This document shows, piece by piece, positions 27,891 through 37,654 of a stretch of 64,000 bases of DNA. Origin of the DNA: Acidobacteriota bacterium (GTDB lineage: Bacteria > Acidobacteriota > UBA6911 > RPQK01 > JAJDTT01); NCBI GenBank assembly GCA_965263035.1, contig OZ253580.1, forward strand, positions 3,040,001 to 3,104,000, given 5' to 3'. Position 1 is the first letter of the stretch. Each line of letters begins with the position of its first letter. Both the position numbers and the translations under genes were made by a program. The notes below the pieces were generated by a model. It was not told the DNA's origin and did no database searches. It saw nothing but the letters and a program-made list of their open reading frames with translations.

Positions 27891-29672
27891 TGGAGTTGAC
27901 CCGCTTTCGTGGACACATCCAAAGTAGGGGAGTAAGGAGGGATCCACGATGGCAAGAAAGCAGAGACGGTATCCGCCGGAGTTCCGGCGGGAGATCGTAG
28001 GGCTGGTGCGCTCGGGGCGATCGCCGGAGGCACTGGCGCGGGAGTTCGAGCCCTCGGCTTCGGCGATCCGGAAGTGGGTCAAGCAGGCCGATCTGGACGA
28101 GGGGCACCGGAGCGACGGGTTGACGAAGTTCGAGCGCCAGGAGTTGCGTCAGGCGAGGCGGGAGATCAAGCGCCTGCGGATGGAGCGGGACATCCTAAAA
28201 AAAGCCGCGGCTTGGTTCGCCCGGGAGAGCGACTCGATCCCAGGAAAGGATTCGAGTTCGTAAAGGCGCACCGGGCCCAGTTTCCGATTCGGGTGATGTG
28301 CCGCGTGTTGGGTCTCTCCCCCAGTGGGTACTACGCCTGGTTGAAACGTCTGCCCTCGAACCGGGCTCGCCAGGACCAGGCGCTTCGGGAAAAGATCGTG
28401 CAGATCTGGAACGAGAACCGGAGAGTTTACGGTCGGCCTCGTCTGCATGCCGAACTGAGAGCTCGAGGGGAACGGACGAGCCCGAAGCGTGTGGGCCGAT
28501 TGATGCGGGAAGCGGGAATTCAGGGGGTGAGCCGGAGGCACCGGAAGGCCGGGCTCACCCGGAGGGACCGGAAGGCGCGTCCCGCACCGGACCTGGTGAA
28601 CCGGAACTTCGCGGCTGAGGGACCGGATCAGCTCTGGGTGGCGGACCTGACGTATGTTCGCACGCAGGCGGGCTGGTTGTATGTGGCCGTGGTCCTGGAC
28701 GCCTGGAGCCGAATGGTCGTGGGCTGGGCAATGGAGACCCATCTGCGGTCCGAACTGGTCGAGAATGCGCTCGCCATGGCGGTGATACGGCGACAGCCGA
28801 AGCAGGTGATCCACCACTCGGACCAGGGGGCACAATACACCTCGACGGCCTTCGGGAAGAGATGCCGGGAGGCCGGGGTGCGGCCGTCGATGGGCTCGGT
28901 GGGGGACGCTTACGACAACGCGATGTGCGAGAGCTTCTTCGCGACGCTGGAATGCGAGTTGCTGGACCGTCACCAGTTCCGGAATCCGAATCAGGCGAGG
29001 CGGACCGTCTTCGACTTCATTGAGGGATTCTACAACCGGCGCCGCCGACACTCGGCGCTGGGCTACGAGTCGCCGGTCCGCTACGAGCAGCAGGCAGCGT
29101 AGGACCCACGGCGTCGTCGAAACTCGATCCGGACGACGAGATCCTCGATTCGTGCTCTCGCCGAGTGCAGTGATGACCTGCTGGGGTCGTCTTTCCTGCC
29201 TCCAATGCCGGTCCTGCGGGCCGGGAGGCTCAGAAGGACTGACGCCGCCTCACGAACCGGTTCGTTTTCGCGCTGCTCGACCACGAAGCCAGCACCATCA
29301 CCGTCGCACCAAGCGTCGCGCGCGACACGATTGAAGAGGGCAGGGGGGCGCTGCCCCCCTGAGACCCCCGGATGCAAAGAGATACACACCACTCTTAAAT
29401 CCCTGGAAAGAAAGCGCCGAGGCCCCCTCGTTACGCGGTATCCCATTGTGGAAAATCAGAGATTTCCCACAACGTGAGCCCTTTTGCTGACGCCTCCATC
29501 AGTCCCCCCACAGAAGAAAGAACGCTCTGTCAATGGTCAAAACCCTGACATTTTCTATGGCCATTGACATTCAGCGGGAGGAAGTCTTGCTCCCCAACGA
29601 CAGAAGGAGTATTACAACCTAGACCAACGTAAACCGCACTAATAAACCGTCCACGAAAACGGGACACCTTCA
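27891..29672 (+). mobile_element. IS3-family insertion sequence, 1782 bp
   Basis: TG...CA ends; IRL TGGAGTTGACCCGCTTTCGTGGAC versus IRR(rc) TGAAGGTGTCCCGTTTTCGTGGAC; 3-bp TSD GAG at 27888-27890 and 29673-29675. Confidence 0.93.
27949..29102 (+). CDS. IS3 transposase OrfAB (OrfA 27949-28263; -1 programmed frameshift into OrfB)
   Basis: OrfA HTH (YPPEFRREIV); slippery A7G at 28197-28204; OrfB rve core WVADLTYV, HHSDQGAQY, DNAMCESFF. Confidence 0.93.
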
Positions 29673-30030
29673 GAGAGCCTTTGAGAAGTCAGCAGAGGTC
29701 ATAGTAGCGAAGAAGCCGGATAATGCCGGTGGAGCGAAGGACCGAAGGAGTCGGACGGGCCCTATGGTGGACTCGTCAGCGGGATCGCAAATACCTCCGA
29801 AAACGGGGCGGGGGGAGGCCCCTCGGACCCGGCACGGAAGGCCCAAGGGTGGAACCCGTCAAGCCGGAAGGGCGGAGATCAAGTCCCAGCGGCGGCGAAA
29901 ACCGGAAAGAAAGGCCCTTTACGAGGCTCGAAAGAGCCTCGAGTGACTCCAACCGCCGGATACTGAAAACGGTACGTCCGGTGGTGTGGGAGGGTGCAGG
30001 GGCGCAATCCCCTGCGCCCGACCCGATCTT

Positions 30031-31077
30031 TCAAAACCACGCGTTCTTGTCGACCACGTTCTTGACCGGCCGGCTGGCGGCGTATCGCCGGACGTTGTCC
30101 ACTACCACCTGAGCGAAACGATCAGGGATCCTGGGGGATCGGGCGGCGCAGTGCGGCGTCAGGATGACGTTCTCCATCCGCCAGAGAGGATGCTCCGGGG
30201 GAAGCGGCTCGATTTCGAACACGTCGAGGCCGGCGCCGGCGATCTCCCCCGCCTCCAGCGCCGCGACCAGATCGTTCAGGTCGACGATGACTCCGCGGCC
30301 GATGTTGATCAGAAAGGCGGTCCGCTTCATCTGCCGGAATTGGGGCCGCCGGAACATCTTGACCGTTTCCGGCGTATGAGGCGCGGAAATCACGACGAAA
30401 TCGCTCTCCACCAGCAGGTCTGCCAGCCGTTCCGGCTTCCAGAGCGACTCCACGCCCGGCGGACATTCCTCTCGCTTGGGGTCGACCGCCAGCACCCGCA
30501 TCCCGAAGGCCAGGCCTCGGCGGGCCACCTCCGATCCGATGCTGCCCAGACCGACCACGCCCAGAGTGGTGTCCGAAAGGTGGATGTGGGCCCAGTCGCT
30601 GGGAGCGACGTCTCGCAGGCTTCGCACGAAGTCGGGGACTTTCCAGCTAGGGTCTCCAACCACCTCCCAAGTTCTTTTCGCCTGGTTGCGGATGTAGTGG
30701 TGCAGGTTCCGGGCGAAGCAGAGGATGAAACCGAAAACGTGTTCGGCGATGACGTCCGAGAAGATCCCTCGCATGTTGGTCACGATCGCGGGGTGATCCA
30801 CCAGGGCGGGGAAGAGATAGTGTTCCATGCTGGCGCTGCCGGCCTGAATCCAGCGCAACCGGGTTTCCGCTGCCAGTAGCTTGGGCGTCATCTTGCCGAA
30901 AAAAGCGTCGGCGTCCACCAGGGCAGCGGCTGCGGCGTCCTCGTCGGGTGCGTTCACCACGGTGCCGCCGTCACCCGCAGCTTCCACGATCGCGGCGAGG
31001 CGGTGAGCATCCACGGCGGGATAGATCACCAGCTTGAAGATTCGCTTCGGGCTTTGGTTTTGGTGTTCCGTTGTCAT
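30031..31077 (-). CDS. D-2-hydroxyacid dehydrogenase
   Basis: VVGLGSIG, FLINIGRG, AGLDVFEIEPLP, ILTPHCA. Confidence 0.93.
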   Translation of the reverse strand: MTTEHQNQSPKRIFKLVIYPAVDAHRLAAIVEAAGDGGTVVNAPDEDAAAAALVDADAFFGKMTPKLLAAETRLRWIQAGSASMEHYLFPALVDHPAIVTNMRGIFSDVIAEHVFGFILCFARNLHHYIRNQAKRTWEVVGDPSWKVPDFVRSLRDVAPSDWAHIHLSDTTLGVVGLGSIGSEVARRGLAFGMRVLAVDPKREECPPGVESLWKPERLADLLVESDFVVISAPHTPETVKMFRRPQFRQMKRTAFLINIGRGVIVDLNDLVAALEAGEIAGAGLDVFEIEPLPPEHPLWRMENVILTPHCAARSPRIPDRFAQVVVDNVRRYAASRPVKNVVDKNAWF

Positions 31078-31078
31078 T

Positions 31079-32101
31079 TCATGCTCCCTGGGAATCGATG
31101 AGCGAACTCACTCTGGGCCTGATGACGGTGCACCCAAGGGTGCGAAAGTCTTCTTGCAGGTCGCGGAAGGTCTCGTCGGACCCGCAGATTCCGACGACGG
31201 CTCCCCCCGAACCGGCGTATTTCGCGCAGACTCCGTGGGACCGCGCCAGCTCGATCATCTCGACGTTCTTGGGGTCCAACCTGGACAGACCGGATCGAAT
31301 ATCGAAGTTCCGGTCCATCAGGCGCGCCAACTCTACTGCGTCCCCTTGCAATAGGCATTCTCTCCCCTGCCGCGCAAGATCCGCGAACTGTTCCATGGCC
31401 CGATGTACCGCTCGCTCTCCCCGGTTCCAGCGGCCTCTCAAATCGGTGTGGTAGATGCCGGAGATCTGGCCCAGGTCGTTGCGGAATGCCAGGTAGATCG
31501 GGGGCAGCAGGCCGGGATCGAGGGACTCGTAGAGTCCGTGCCCGAGGCGGCTCATGGTCTCCCGGTTGAAATCCATGTAAACGAGTCCTTCGTAGACTTG
31601 ACAGACGCGGTCCTGGAGGCCCGCGTCGATGCCGATCTCCTCCGTTTCCACCGAGAGGACGAGTCCGGGCAGAATCTCCCGGGGGATGGACACCTGGTAG
31701 AACTCGGCCAGGCCCCGCATGGCCGCGGTGATAATCGCGCTGGATCCTCCCAGGCCCACCTGGCGCGGAATGTCGGTCTCGTACCTGAGGGAAAAGTTCT
31801 GCTGAGGGAGTCGAATCTTCTCTCGCCAGCAGTATTCCGCGAAGACCTTGATCGTGGCCTTGACCAGGCGGAGACCGCCGTAGAGCCCGTTGAGCCGGAC
31901 GTCGTCCACCAGGTCCTCCAGCTGCCGGAACTCGCAGCGGTCCTGGCGGCTCAGAATGATTTCCAGTTCGGGCCACTCGTAGACGACGACCTTGGCGGAG
32001 TAGTTTCTCAGGATGCAGGAGATGGTCTTGCCGAAAAAACCGTCGGAAGGGTTGCCCAGGAGGCCGATACGAGCGTTCGCCGTGGCCCTAGTGATCTTCA
32101 A
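31079..32101 (-). CDS. GHMP kinase, glucuronokinase-like
   Basis: ARIGLLGNPSDGFFGKTIS, IPRQVGLGGSSAI, AGLQDRV, KYAGSGGAVVG. Confidence 0.85.
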   Translation of the reverse strand: MKITRATANARIGLLGNPSDGFFGKTISCILRNYSAKVVVYEWPELEIILSRQDRCEFRQLEDLVDDVRLNGLYGGLRLVKATIKVFAEYCWREKIRLPQQNFSLRYETDIPRQVGLGGSSAIITAAMRGLAEFYQVSIPREILPGLVLSVETEEIGIDAGLQDRVCQVYEGLVYMDFNRETMSRLGHGLYESLDPGLLPPIYLAFRNDLGQISGIYHTDLRGRWNRGERAVHRAMEQFADLARQGRECLLQGDAVELARLMDRNFDIRSGLSRLDPKNVEMIELARSHGVCAKYAGSGGAVVGICGSDETFRDLQEDFRTLGCTVIRPRVSSLIDSQGA

Positions 32102-32987
32102 CCAAACGCTCCAGCAGACGCTTGCGGAGCCCGGAGCCCAGATCCGGGTCCCGCAGGGCGAACTCGACGAAGGTCTCGAAATAGCTCTCGAAGTTGCCGA
32201 TGTCGTAGCGCCTCTCGTTCCCCGGAAGACGGACCCCGATGACCGTTTCGCCTTCTTCCAGAAGCAGTTGGATGGCGTCGGTCAACTGGATCTCCCCGCC
32301 GACTCCCGGTCGGATCCGGTCCAGCTTCCGATAGATGGAAGGCGAGAAGACATACCTTCCCACCAAGGCCAGGCAACTGGAGGTGGACCCGACAGGCGGT
32401 TTCTCGATCAGACTCAGAATGGGAAATTCGGGACCGTCGCCTCCCGGTTCCACGATCCCATACCGGAAGATGTCCTGCGGAGAAACCGTCTCGACGGCGA
32501 CCACGCAGGCCGCCCCCGACTCCCGATAGATTCGGGTCATGGCGCTCACCACGTGCGACGGCGAATCGAGACCGATGATGCTGTCTCCCAGTGCGACGAC
32601 GAAGGGACGGTTCTGGGTGAAACGGCGGGCACACCGTACCGCATCCCCCAATCCCCGCTGAAGCCGTTGACGGGTGTAGAAGAACTGGACCTCGGTCTGC
32701 TCGTAGTCGAGCTCCAGCAGCAGGTCTTCCTTTCCCGACTCCCTCAGATTCCGGATCAACTGGTGGTCCGGATCGAAGTGGTTCTCGATCGATGTCTTGG
32801 TCCTTCCGGTGACGAAGAGGATCTCCTGGATGCCGTTCCTGCCCAGTTCTTCGACCACGTATTGGACCACCGGCTTCTTGGCCACCGGCAACATTTCCTT
32901 GGGCTGGGACTTTGTGGCCGGCAGGAGGCGAGTCCCCAATCCGGCTACGGGGACGACGGCGACGCTGATCTCCGGTCCTGATTTCAT
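32088..32987 (-). CDS. galU: UTP-glucose-1-phosphate uridylyltransferase family
   Basis: PVAGLGTRLLPATKSQPKEMLPV, GLGDAV, GEIQLTDAI, RYDIG. Confidence 0.85.
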   Translation of the reverse strand: MKSGPEISVAVVPVAGLGTRLLPATKSQPKEMLPVAKKPVVQYVVEELGRNGIQEILFVTGRTKTSIENHFDPDHQLIRNLRESGKEDLLLELDYEQTEVQFFYTRQRLQRGLGDAVRCARRFTQNRPFVVALGDSIIGLDSPSHVVSAMTRIYRESGAACVVAVETVSPQDIFRYGIVEPGGDGPEFPILSLIEKPPVGSTSSCLALVGRYVFSPSIYRKLDRIRPGVGGEIQLTDAIQLLLEEGETVIGVRLPGNERRYDIGNFESYFETFVEFALRDPDLGSGLRKRLLERLVEDH

Positions 32988-33011
32988 CGTGTCTCGTCTC
33001 ACGGACGGCGG

Positions 33012-33497
33012 TCACCCCTGCGGACGGTAGAGCGTCACCAGGCAACCTCCCAGGGCGGCCAGAAGGATGCCCAGGACAAACGGCCACTGGATACTGGAGA
33101 TCCCGCCCGGCGGCGGATGTTTAACCATGGAAGCGAAGGCGTTGACGATGGGCGCTCCGGCGAAGACGATGGCCATGACCACACTGGGAGAGCCCTTGGC
33201 TCCGAAGGCCAGGAGGACTCCGAAGGCTCCGACAGCTCCCAGGATTCCAGCCACGAGTGACAAGCCCATTCCCGGCGCCGGATAGCTCCAGTCCGCCCCT
33301 TGGCTCTTCAGAACCAGCAGCGGAGCCAGGACGGCGATCAGGAAATAGGCCAGACCGACGAACAGGAAGGCCTTGTAACGCCCGTTCACCGGGTCCCCCA
33401 TGGCCACCTGCCCGGCATGGAGAAGGGTGCCGTACATGCCCCAGCAAAACACAGTCATCATCGCGAAGCCGAGCCAAGCCAGTCCCGTACTTGTCAT
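33012..33497 (-). CDS. small DMT/EamA-like membrane protein
   Basis: About 5 hydrophobic helices; CWGMYG and VMAIVFAGAPIVN. Confidence 0.7.
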   Translation of the reverse strand: MTSTGLAWLGFAMMTVFCWGMYGTLLHAGQVAMGDPVNGRYKAFLFVGLAYFLIAVLAPLLVLKSQGADWSYPAPGMGLSLVAGILGAVGAFGVLLAFGAKGSPSVVMAIVFAGAPIVNAFASMVKHPPPGGISSIQWPFVLGILLAALGGCLVTLYRPQG

Positions 33498-33555
33498 GAA
33501 ATTCCTCCTTGGTTGGATACGGAGTATAGCCCGAATTTTTCGCCGGGGCGCTGCT

Positions 33556-33644
33556 GGGAGGGGGGACATTTTGTCCCCCTCTTCATTCTTGTCCTTACTC
33601 TTCATCGCGGACCCGGAATCGGGGGTTGAAAACCCCCGCTCCTA
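33556..33644. repeat. REPIN of the GGAG-type REP family
   Basis: GGGAGGGGGGACATTTTGTCCCCC ... GGGGGTTGAAAACCCCCGCTCCTA; the spacer shares TCTTCATCGC.GACCCGGAA with the 1861 copy. Confidence 0.75.
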
Positions 33645-34805
33645 TCCGAGCCTGAAATCCAAGAGAATCGGGTCGTGATCCGACAGCTTGCCGAAGGTCT
33701 CCTCGAGTCCGCCGATGACCCGTGGAGGGGACTGGGGATCGGGCAGGATCCCCTTGCCGCCGAACCAGTCCAGCTTCATGGAACATCGGCCTTGATGGTC
33801 CTTCAGGGCCCAGTCGATGAACCAGAAACACCAATTGGGGATCCACTCGGCCATGTTCCGGTTGGTGGCCAGGTTGGCGGCGTCGTAGTGGAGTGTGCAG
33901 ACACCCATCTGGTTCAGGTCCCGATAGCGGTAGCCTCGGTTCTCCAGTTCCCGGAATAGTCGCCGTTCAAACCGGCGTTCCGGATACGGGTAGTGGTTGT
34001 CCAGGACGTTGTCGATCCCCATGAGCACCCGCCGGGCGTATCCGAGAATCGAGTACACGGCGCGGCGCGCGTGGTGGGTGGAGGTGTTCCAGTCGCCTCC
34101 GATGAGCACCGGCAGCGAAGGGCGCCAGCGTTGGAGATGGTCCAGCAACAGGGACATCTGAAGATGCCGATGCGCCTGGCTGGAGTGGGCGTCCAAGTGG
34201 AGGCTGACGGCGCGGAATCGCCCCAGAGGATGCTCGACCAGACCCAGGATCGCCCGCTGGCACCCCAGGCGCTTCTCCTTCCCCCTCATCTTGTCCTTGC
34301 CGTTGGGAAGGGGTAGCGCATGGGGCTCCGAAACCGGATGCCTCGAGAGCAGCGCGTTCCCGTGCAGAGCCTGGGAATTCTCGCCCGGCGCCTCGTTTTC
34401 CAGACCGGCTCCCTTGTCCAGATTGAGATAGCTGGGGGCGAAGACGTAGGTCATCCCGAGTTTCCGGGCCAGCTCGCGGGTCACGTGGAGATTTCCGGTT
34501 CGGGCCATTCCGTAATCCAGTTCCGTCAGCAAGAGAATGTCGGCTTCCCGCAAGTGCGGATGTTCCCGGAGAGTGCGGGTCAGGCCGGGTAACTCCAGGC
34601 CGCGTTCGATATTCCAGGCGACCGCGTGGACCGAGCTCCTGTCCGGTCCCGAATGCGGTGCCGGGTCTTCACCGGTCTCGACGGTATTCAGGACCCGGTC
34701 TATTTCCGGCCGGAGCCGGCGATAGAGGGGAGAGGACTCCAGACTGCCGGTCGAAGGGATCTGCCTCAGTTGTGGGAAGTAGCGGTTGATGGAGTGGTCC
34801 ATCAA
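33642..34805 (-). CDS. endonuclease/exonuclease/phosphatase family protein
   Basis: WNIERG, TELDYGMAR, HGNALLSR, GGDWNT, KLDWF, SDHDPI. Confidence 0.9.
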   Translation of the reverse strand: MMDHSINRYFPQLRQIPSTGSLESSPLYRRLRPEIDRVLNTVETGEDPAPHSGPDRSSVHAVAWNIERGLELPGLTRTLREHPHLREADILLLTELDYGMARTGNLHVTRELARKLGMTYVFAPSYLNLDKGAGLENEAPGENSQALHGNALLSRHPVSEPHALPLPNGKDKMRGKEKRLGCQRAILGLVEHPLGRFRAVSLHLDAHSSQAHRHLQMSLLLDHLQRWRPSLPVLIGGDWNTSTHHARRAVYSILGYARRVLMGIDNVLDNHYPYPERRFERRLFRELENRGYRYRDLNQMGVCTLHYDAANLATNRNMAEWIPNWCFWFIDWALKDHQGRCSMKLDWFGGKGILPDPQSPPRVIGGLEETFGKLSDHDPILLDFRLG

Positions 34806-34860
34806 CCCGTATCCCGGGGAGGGGATTCGAATCCGCGATTGTCATCCCGGACCGTTTCTC

Positions 34861-35307
34861 TCACCAGAGTGCTCCGGAAACGGAATCCCCTTCCAGAAGC
34901 AGCAGCACGAAGATGACGAAATTGATGGCGTGCGAAGTGAAGCAGAGGACGCAGGGAACCCGGGTCAGGAACAGCAGGGAGTAGGTGAGAAACAGCCCCA
35001 GGAGAACCGTGACTAGACTTGCCAGCAGTGACAAGTGGAAGATGGGAAAGGTGAAGAGGAAGCCCTCCAAGGTCCCGGCGGCGATGAACGGGTAGAAGAG
35101 TTGCGCCAGAACCGAGTTGGGGACTCCGAAGACACGGGCCCGGGGTGTGAAGACGATGGTGGCGCAGGTCTTTTCTCCCATCCTGCAGAAGCTGGGAATC
35201 CAGGCGGCGTCCGGCCGTACCCAGCGGTAGGCCACGGCCGTGAAATAGGATGAGATGATGAAGCCTGTCAGTGCCAGGACGACCAGCAGTAAAGACGTCC
35301 AACTCAT
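34861..35307 (-). CDS. vitamin K epoxide reductase (VKOR) family protein
   Basis: TM helix, C..GEKTC loop cysteines, VFGVPNS, CVLC in the last helix. Confidence 0.85.
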   Translation of the reverse strand: MSWTSLLLVVLALTGFIISSYFTAVAYRWVRPDAAWIPSFCRMGEKTCATIVFTPRARVFGVPNSVLAQLFYPFIAAGTLEGFLFTFPIFHLSLLASLVTVLLGLFLTYSLLFLTRVPCVLCFTSHAINFVIFVLLLLEGDSVSGALW

Positions 35308-35421
35308 GCCTGCCGCCCGCCTCTCGCGTTTCTCCGCCGCCCCATGGTGGGACGTATTGTATCCCCCCATTGGCCCCGGGTGCAGCGTGCAGGCCCTCGA
35401 ATTCGGCGGGGAGCACAGATC

Positions 35422-36930
35422 TTGAACAACGTCCGGGCGGGTCGGCTCCATGTCCTGACACTGGATGCCGGGACTTCTTCCTTGCGGGCTCAGGTGTGGG
35501 GAGTGGACGGGCGTCCCCTGCCTGAAATCGGTGCCCGGGCCCACTATCGCCTTTGGACCGACCCGGAGGGCGGGGCCCGGCTGGAGCCGGAGGAGGTCCT
35601 TTCGGCCGTGTCCGAAGCGCTCGACGAGACGGTGGCTCGAGCCGAGTCCCGGGACGCCCGGATCGCCGCCGTCGCCCTGGACACGCTCTCTCCCACCCTC
35701 CTCGGAGTGGACGAGCAGGGCCGCCCGCTGACGCCGATCTACACCTATGCCGACACCCGCAGCCGGCAGGCCGCCGCCGACCTCAGGCAAAGGCTGGATC
35801 CTGCGGAGGTCCACGAGCGCACGGGCTGTCCCATCCACAGCAGCTATCTTCCCTCCCGCCTCCTCTGGCTGGAACAGAGCCGGCCCCGGCTCTTCTCCCG
35901 AGTCGCCCGCTGGATGACTCTGGGCGAGTTTCTTTATTCGCGATTCTTTCGGACCTGCGGTGTGAGCTATTCCGCGGCCTCCTGGAGCGGCCTCCTGAAC
36001 CGACACCGCCTGGACTGGGACGAGTCCTGGATTTCGCTCCTCCCGATCCGGAGGACTCAGCTCTCGCCGCTTCGCGATTGCACGGAACCGTTCACGGGAT
36101 TGCGTGATCCCTGGGCTCGGCGCTGGCCGGCCCTGGCTCGAGTCCCCTGGTTCCCGGCGGTGGGAGACGGAGCCGCCGCCAACGTGGGCAGCGGCTGCAT
36201 ACGATCGGACCGGGTGGCCCTCACCATCGGCTCCACCGGGGCGATCCGGGCGGTCCTGGACCGGCCTGCCTCCCCCCTTCCCGCGGGTCTCTGGAGCTAC
36301 CTGGTCGATGCCGGACGTCCCCTCTTGGGGGGAGCCACCACCGAGGGGGGCAGCGTCTTCTCGTGGTTGACCAGCCGGCTGCAGGTCGATTTCGAACCGG
36401 ACCGTCTGGAAGCCGAGCTGCAAGCCATGGAGCCGGCGGCGCACGGCCTGGTCTTCCTGCCGTTCCTGGCGGGAGAAAGGAGCCCCGGGTGGCGTGACGA
36501 AGCCCGGGGGAGCCTGGTGGGTTTGACGCTGTCGACGCGGCCGGTGGAAATCGTCCGGGCGGCTCTGGAATCGATCGCCTACCGGCTCTGTCTGGTCTAC
36601 AGGTTCATGGAGCCCCACTTGTCCCGGCAGCACGAGATCATCGGCGGAGGTGCCGGGCTGCTCTCCTCACCCGCCTGGCTCCAGATCCTGGCGGACGTCC
36701 TCGGCCGCCGGGTCACCGCCTGCGCCGAGCCCGAAGTGACGGGACGGGGAACCGCCCTGCTGGCGCTCGAGTCCTGGGTCTGGTTTCGGACTTGGCGGCG
36801 GTCCCGCCAAAGATGGGCAGGAGTTACGATCCCGACCCCGAGCGCAGCCGCCGTCACCGCGAGGCGATGGAGCGTCATCTGGAGCTATACCAGCGCCTGG
36901 TCGGCGTGCCTTGGGCTTGACAGCCCGTAG
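35422..36930 (+). CDS. gntK: gluconokinase (FGGY family) with an apparent 1-bp frameshift near the C-terminus
   Basis: LDAGTSS, TYADTRS, ERTGCPIHSSY, GDGAAANVGSG, PFLAGERSPGW; the natural tail resumes in another frame after 36774 and ends at TGA 36920. Confidence 0.8.
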   Translation: MNNVRAGRLHVLTLDAGTSSLRAQVWGVDGRPLPEIGARAHYRLWTDPEGGARLEPEEVLSAVSEALDETVARAESRDARIAAVALDTLSPTLLGVDEQGRPLTPIYTYADTRSRQAAADLRQRLDPAEVHERTGCPIHSSYLPSRLLWLEQSRPRLFSRVARWMTLGEFLYSRFFRTCGVSYSAASWSGLLNRHRLDWDESWISLLPIRRTQLSPLRDCTEPFTGLRDPWARRWPALARVPWFPAVGDGAAANVGSGCIRSDRVALTIGSTGAIRAVLDRPASPLPAGLWSYLVDAGRPLLGGATTEGGSVFSWLTSRLQVDFEPDRLEAELQAMEPAAHGLVFLPFLAGERSPGWRDEARGSLVGLTLSTRPVEIVRAALESIAYRLCLVYRFMEPHLSRQHEIIGGGAGLLSSPAWLQILADVLGRRVTACAEPEVTGRGTALLALESWVWFRTWRRSRQRWAGVTIPTPSAAAVTARRWSVIWSYTSAWSACLGLDSP

Positions 36931-37010
36931 TAACGGTCGTCACGGCATTCGACCGGCTGTGCCTCGTGGCGGACCGAGTTGCTCCACGGTGACATACTCC
37001 CGGAATGCTT
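36921..37010 (-). mobile_element. degenerate partial copy of the 40758-40918 MITE
   Basis: CAGCCCGTAGTAACGGTCGTCACGGCATTCGACCG... aligns with the reverse complement of the 40918 end (CAGCCCGCGGCAAAAGTCGTCGCGGCATTCGACCG...). Confidence 0.65.
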
Positions 37011-37191
37011 GTTGGGAGGGTCCGTCCGAGGTGCCTCAAGCTCCCCGCGCTGATCGATCCCCAGCCGTCTCGCCAGCACCCGAAAAATCGGATTCGGCCG
37101 CTTGCCCCAGGATCTACGATCTCCATGAGACCGCGCGGCCGGATCGGTGTCGATGGCCATTGGCAGAAGTCTCTCTGCTAAACTGGACCCC

Positions 37192-37374
37192 ATGCCTGTG
37201 ATGCTGTCGGATACCTACGAGGCCCTGATATCCGCCGGAGCGGATGAAACCAAGGCCAAGGCTGCCGCTGAGGAAATCGCACACTTCGACCGGCGGCTGA
37301 ATCGGATTGAAGTTCCGCTGGGGATTATCGTTGCTCTGCAGATTGCGACTTTCGGAGCCGTCATTTTCAAGTAG
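37192..37374 (+). CDS. small coiled-coil protein with C-terminal TM helix (DUF1640-like)
   Basis: YEALISAGADETKAKAAAEEIA...hydrophobic tail; TGnTAAACT -10 element just upstream. Confidence 0.6.
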   Translation: MPVMLSDTYEALISAGADETKAKAAAEEIAHFDRRLNRIEVPLGIIVALQIATFGAVIFK

Positions 37375-37654
37375 GTCGTCCTTGAACTGAGGGATTGGTC
37401 AAAGGCACTGCGACCGAAATCAAGTTTGTAATTCCGCAACTCGCCCGCCGTTCTTTTCCTCTTTCCCGGTGAGCCCATTCCGGCGAATAACTCACATTTC
37501 CTGATGCGCGATCTGGGCGTTGACGAACTCACGACCCCGTGGGCGTTCTCTCTGATTCGGTGGGCCCATACTGAGGATTTTTATATCTCTGTGTCTGTAA
37601 CTAAGGGTTAGGGCTAGAATAGGGGTTCTTCGCACTGGACAGGAGAATACGAAG

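Larger units (their letters stand above)
27627..30027 (+). mobile_element. ORF-less group IIC intron interrupted by an IS3 element (616 nt without the IS and TSD)
   Basis: 5' GTGCGCCCGACATGGGC; IIC domain V ACCGCCGGATAC...GTACGTCCGGTGGT (CGC triad, about 29952-29985); 3' end CCCGACCCGAT; inserted just 3' of a hairpin; EBS1 GAGC (27803-27806) pairs with exon GCTC. Confidence 0.88.
26861..30030. repeat. REPIN (inverted GGAG-type REP doublet) split by two introns
   Basis: Removing the introns restores AGGAGGGGCGACT^TTCTTGTCGCC ... GGCGGCAAGAAAGCCGCCGCTC^CT, whose two arms are reverse-complement relatives. Confidence 0.8.

Noticed and set aside
34816-34840. GGGGAGGGGATTCGAATCC as another GGAG REP
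   Set aside because: The stem is short and the match to the family is too weak to call.
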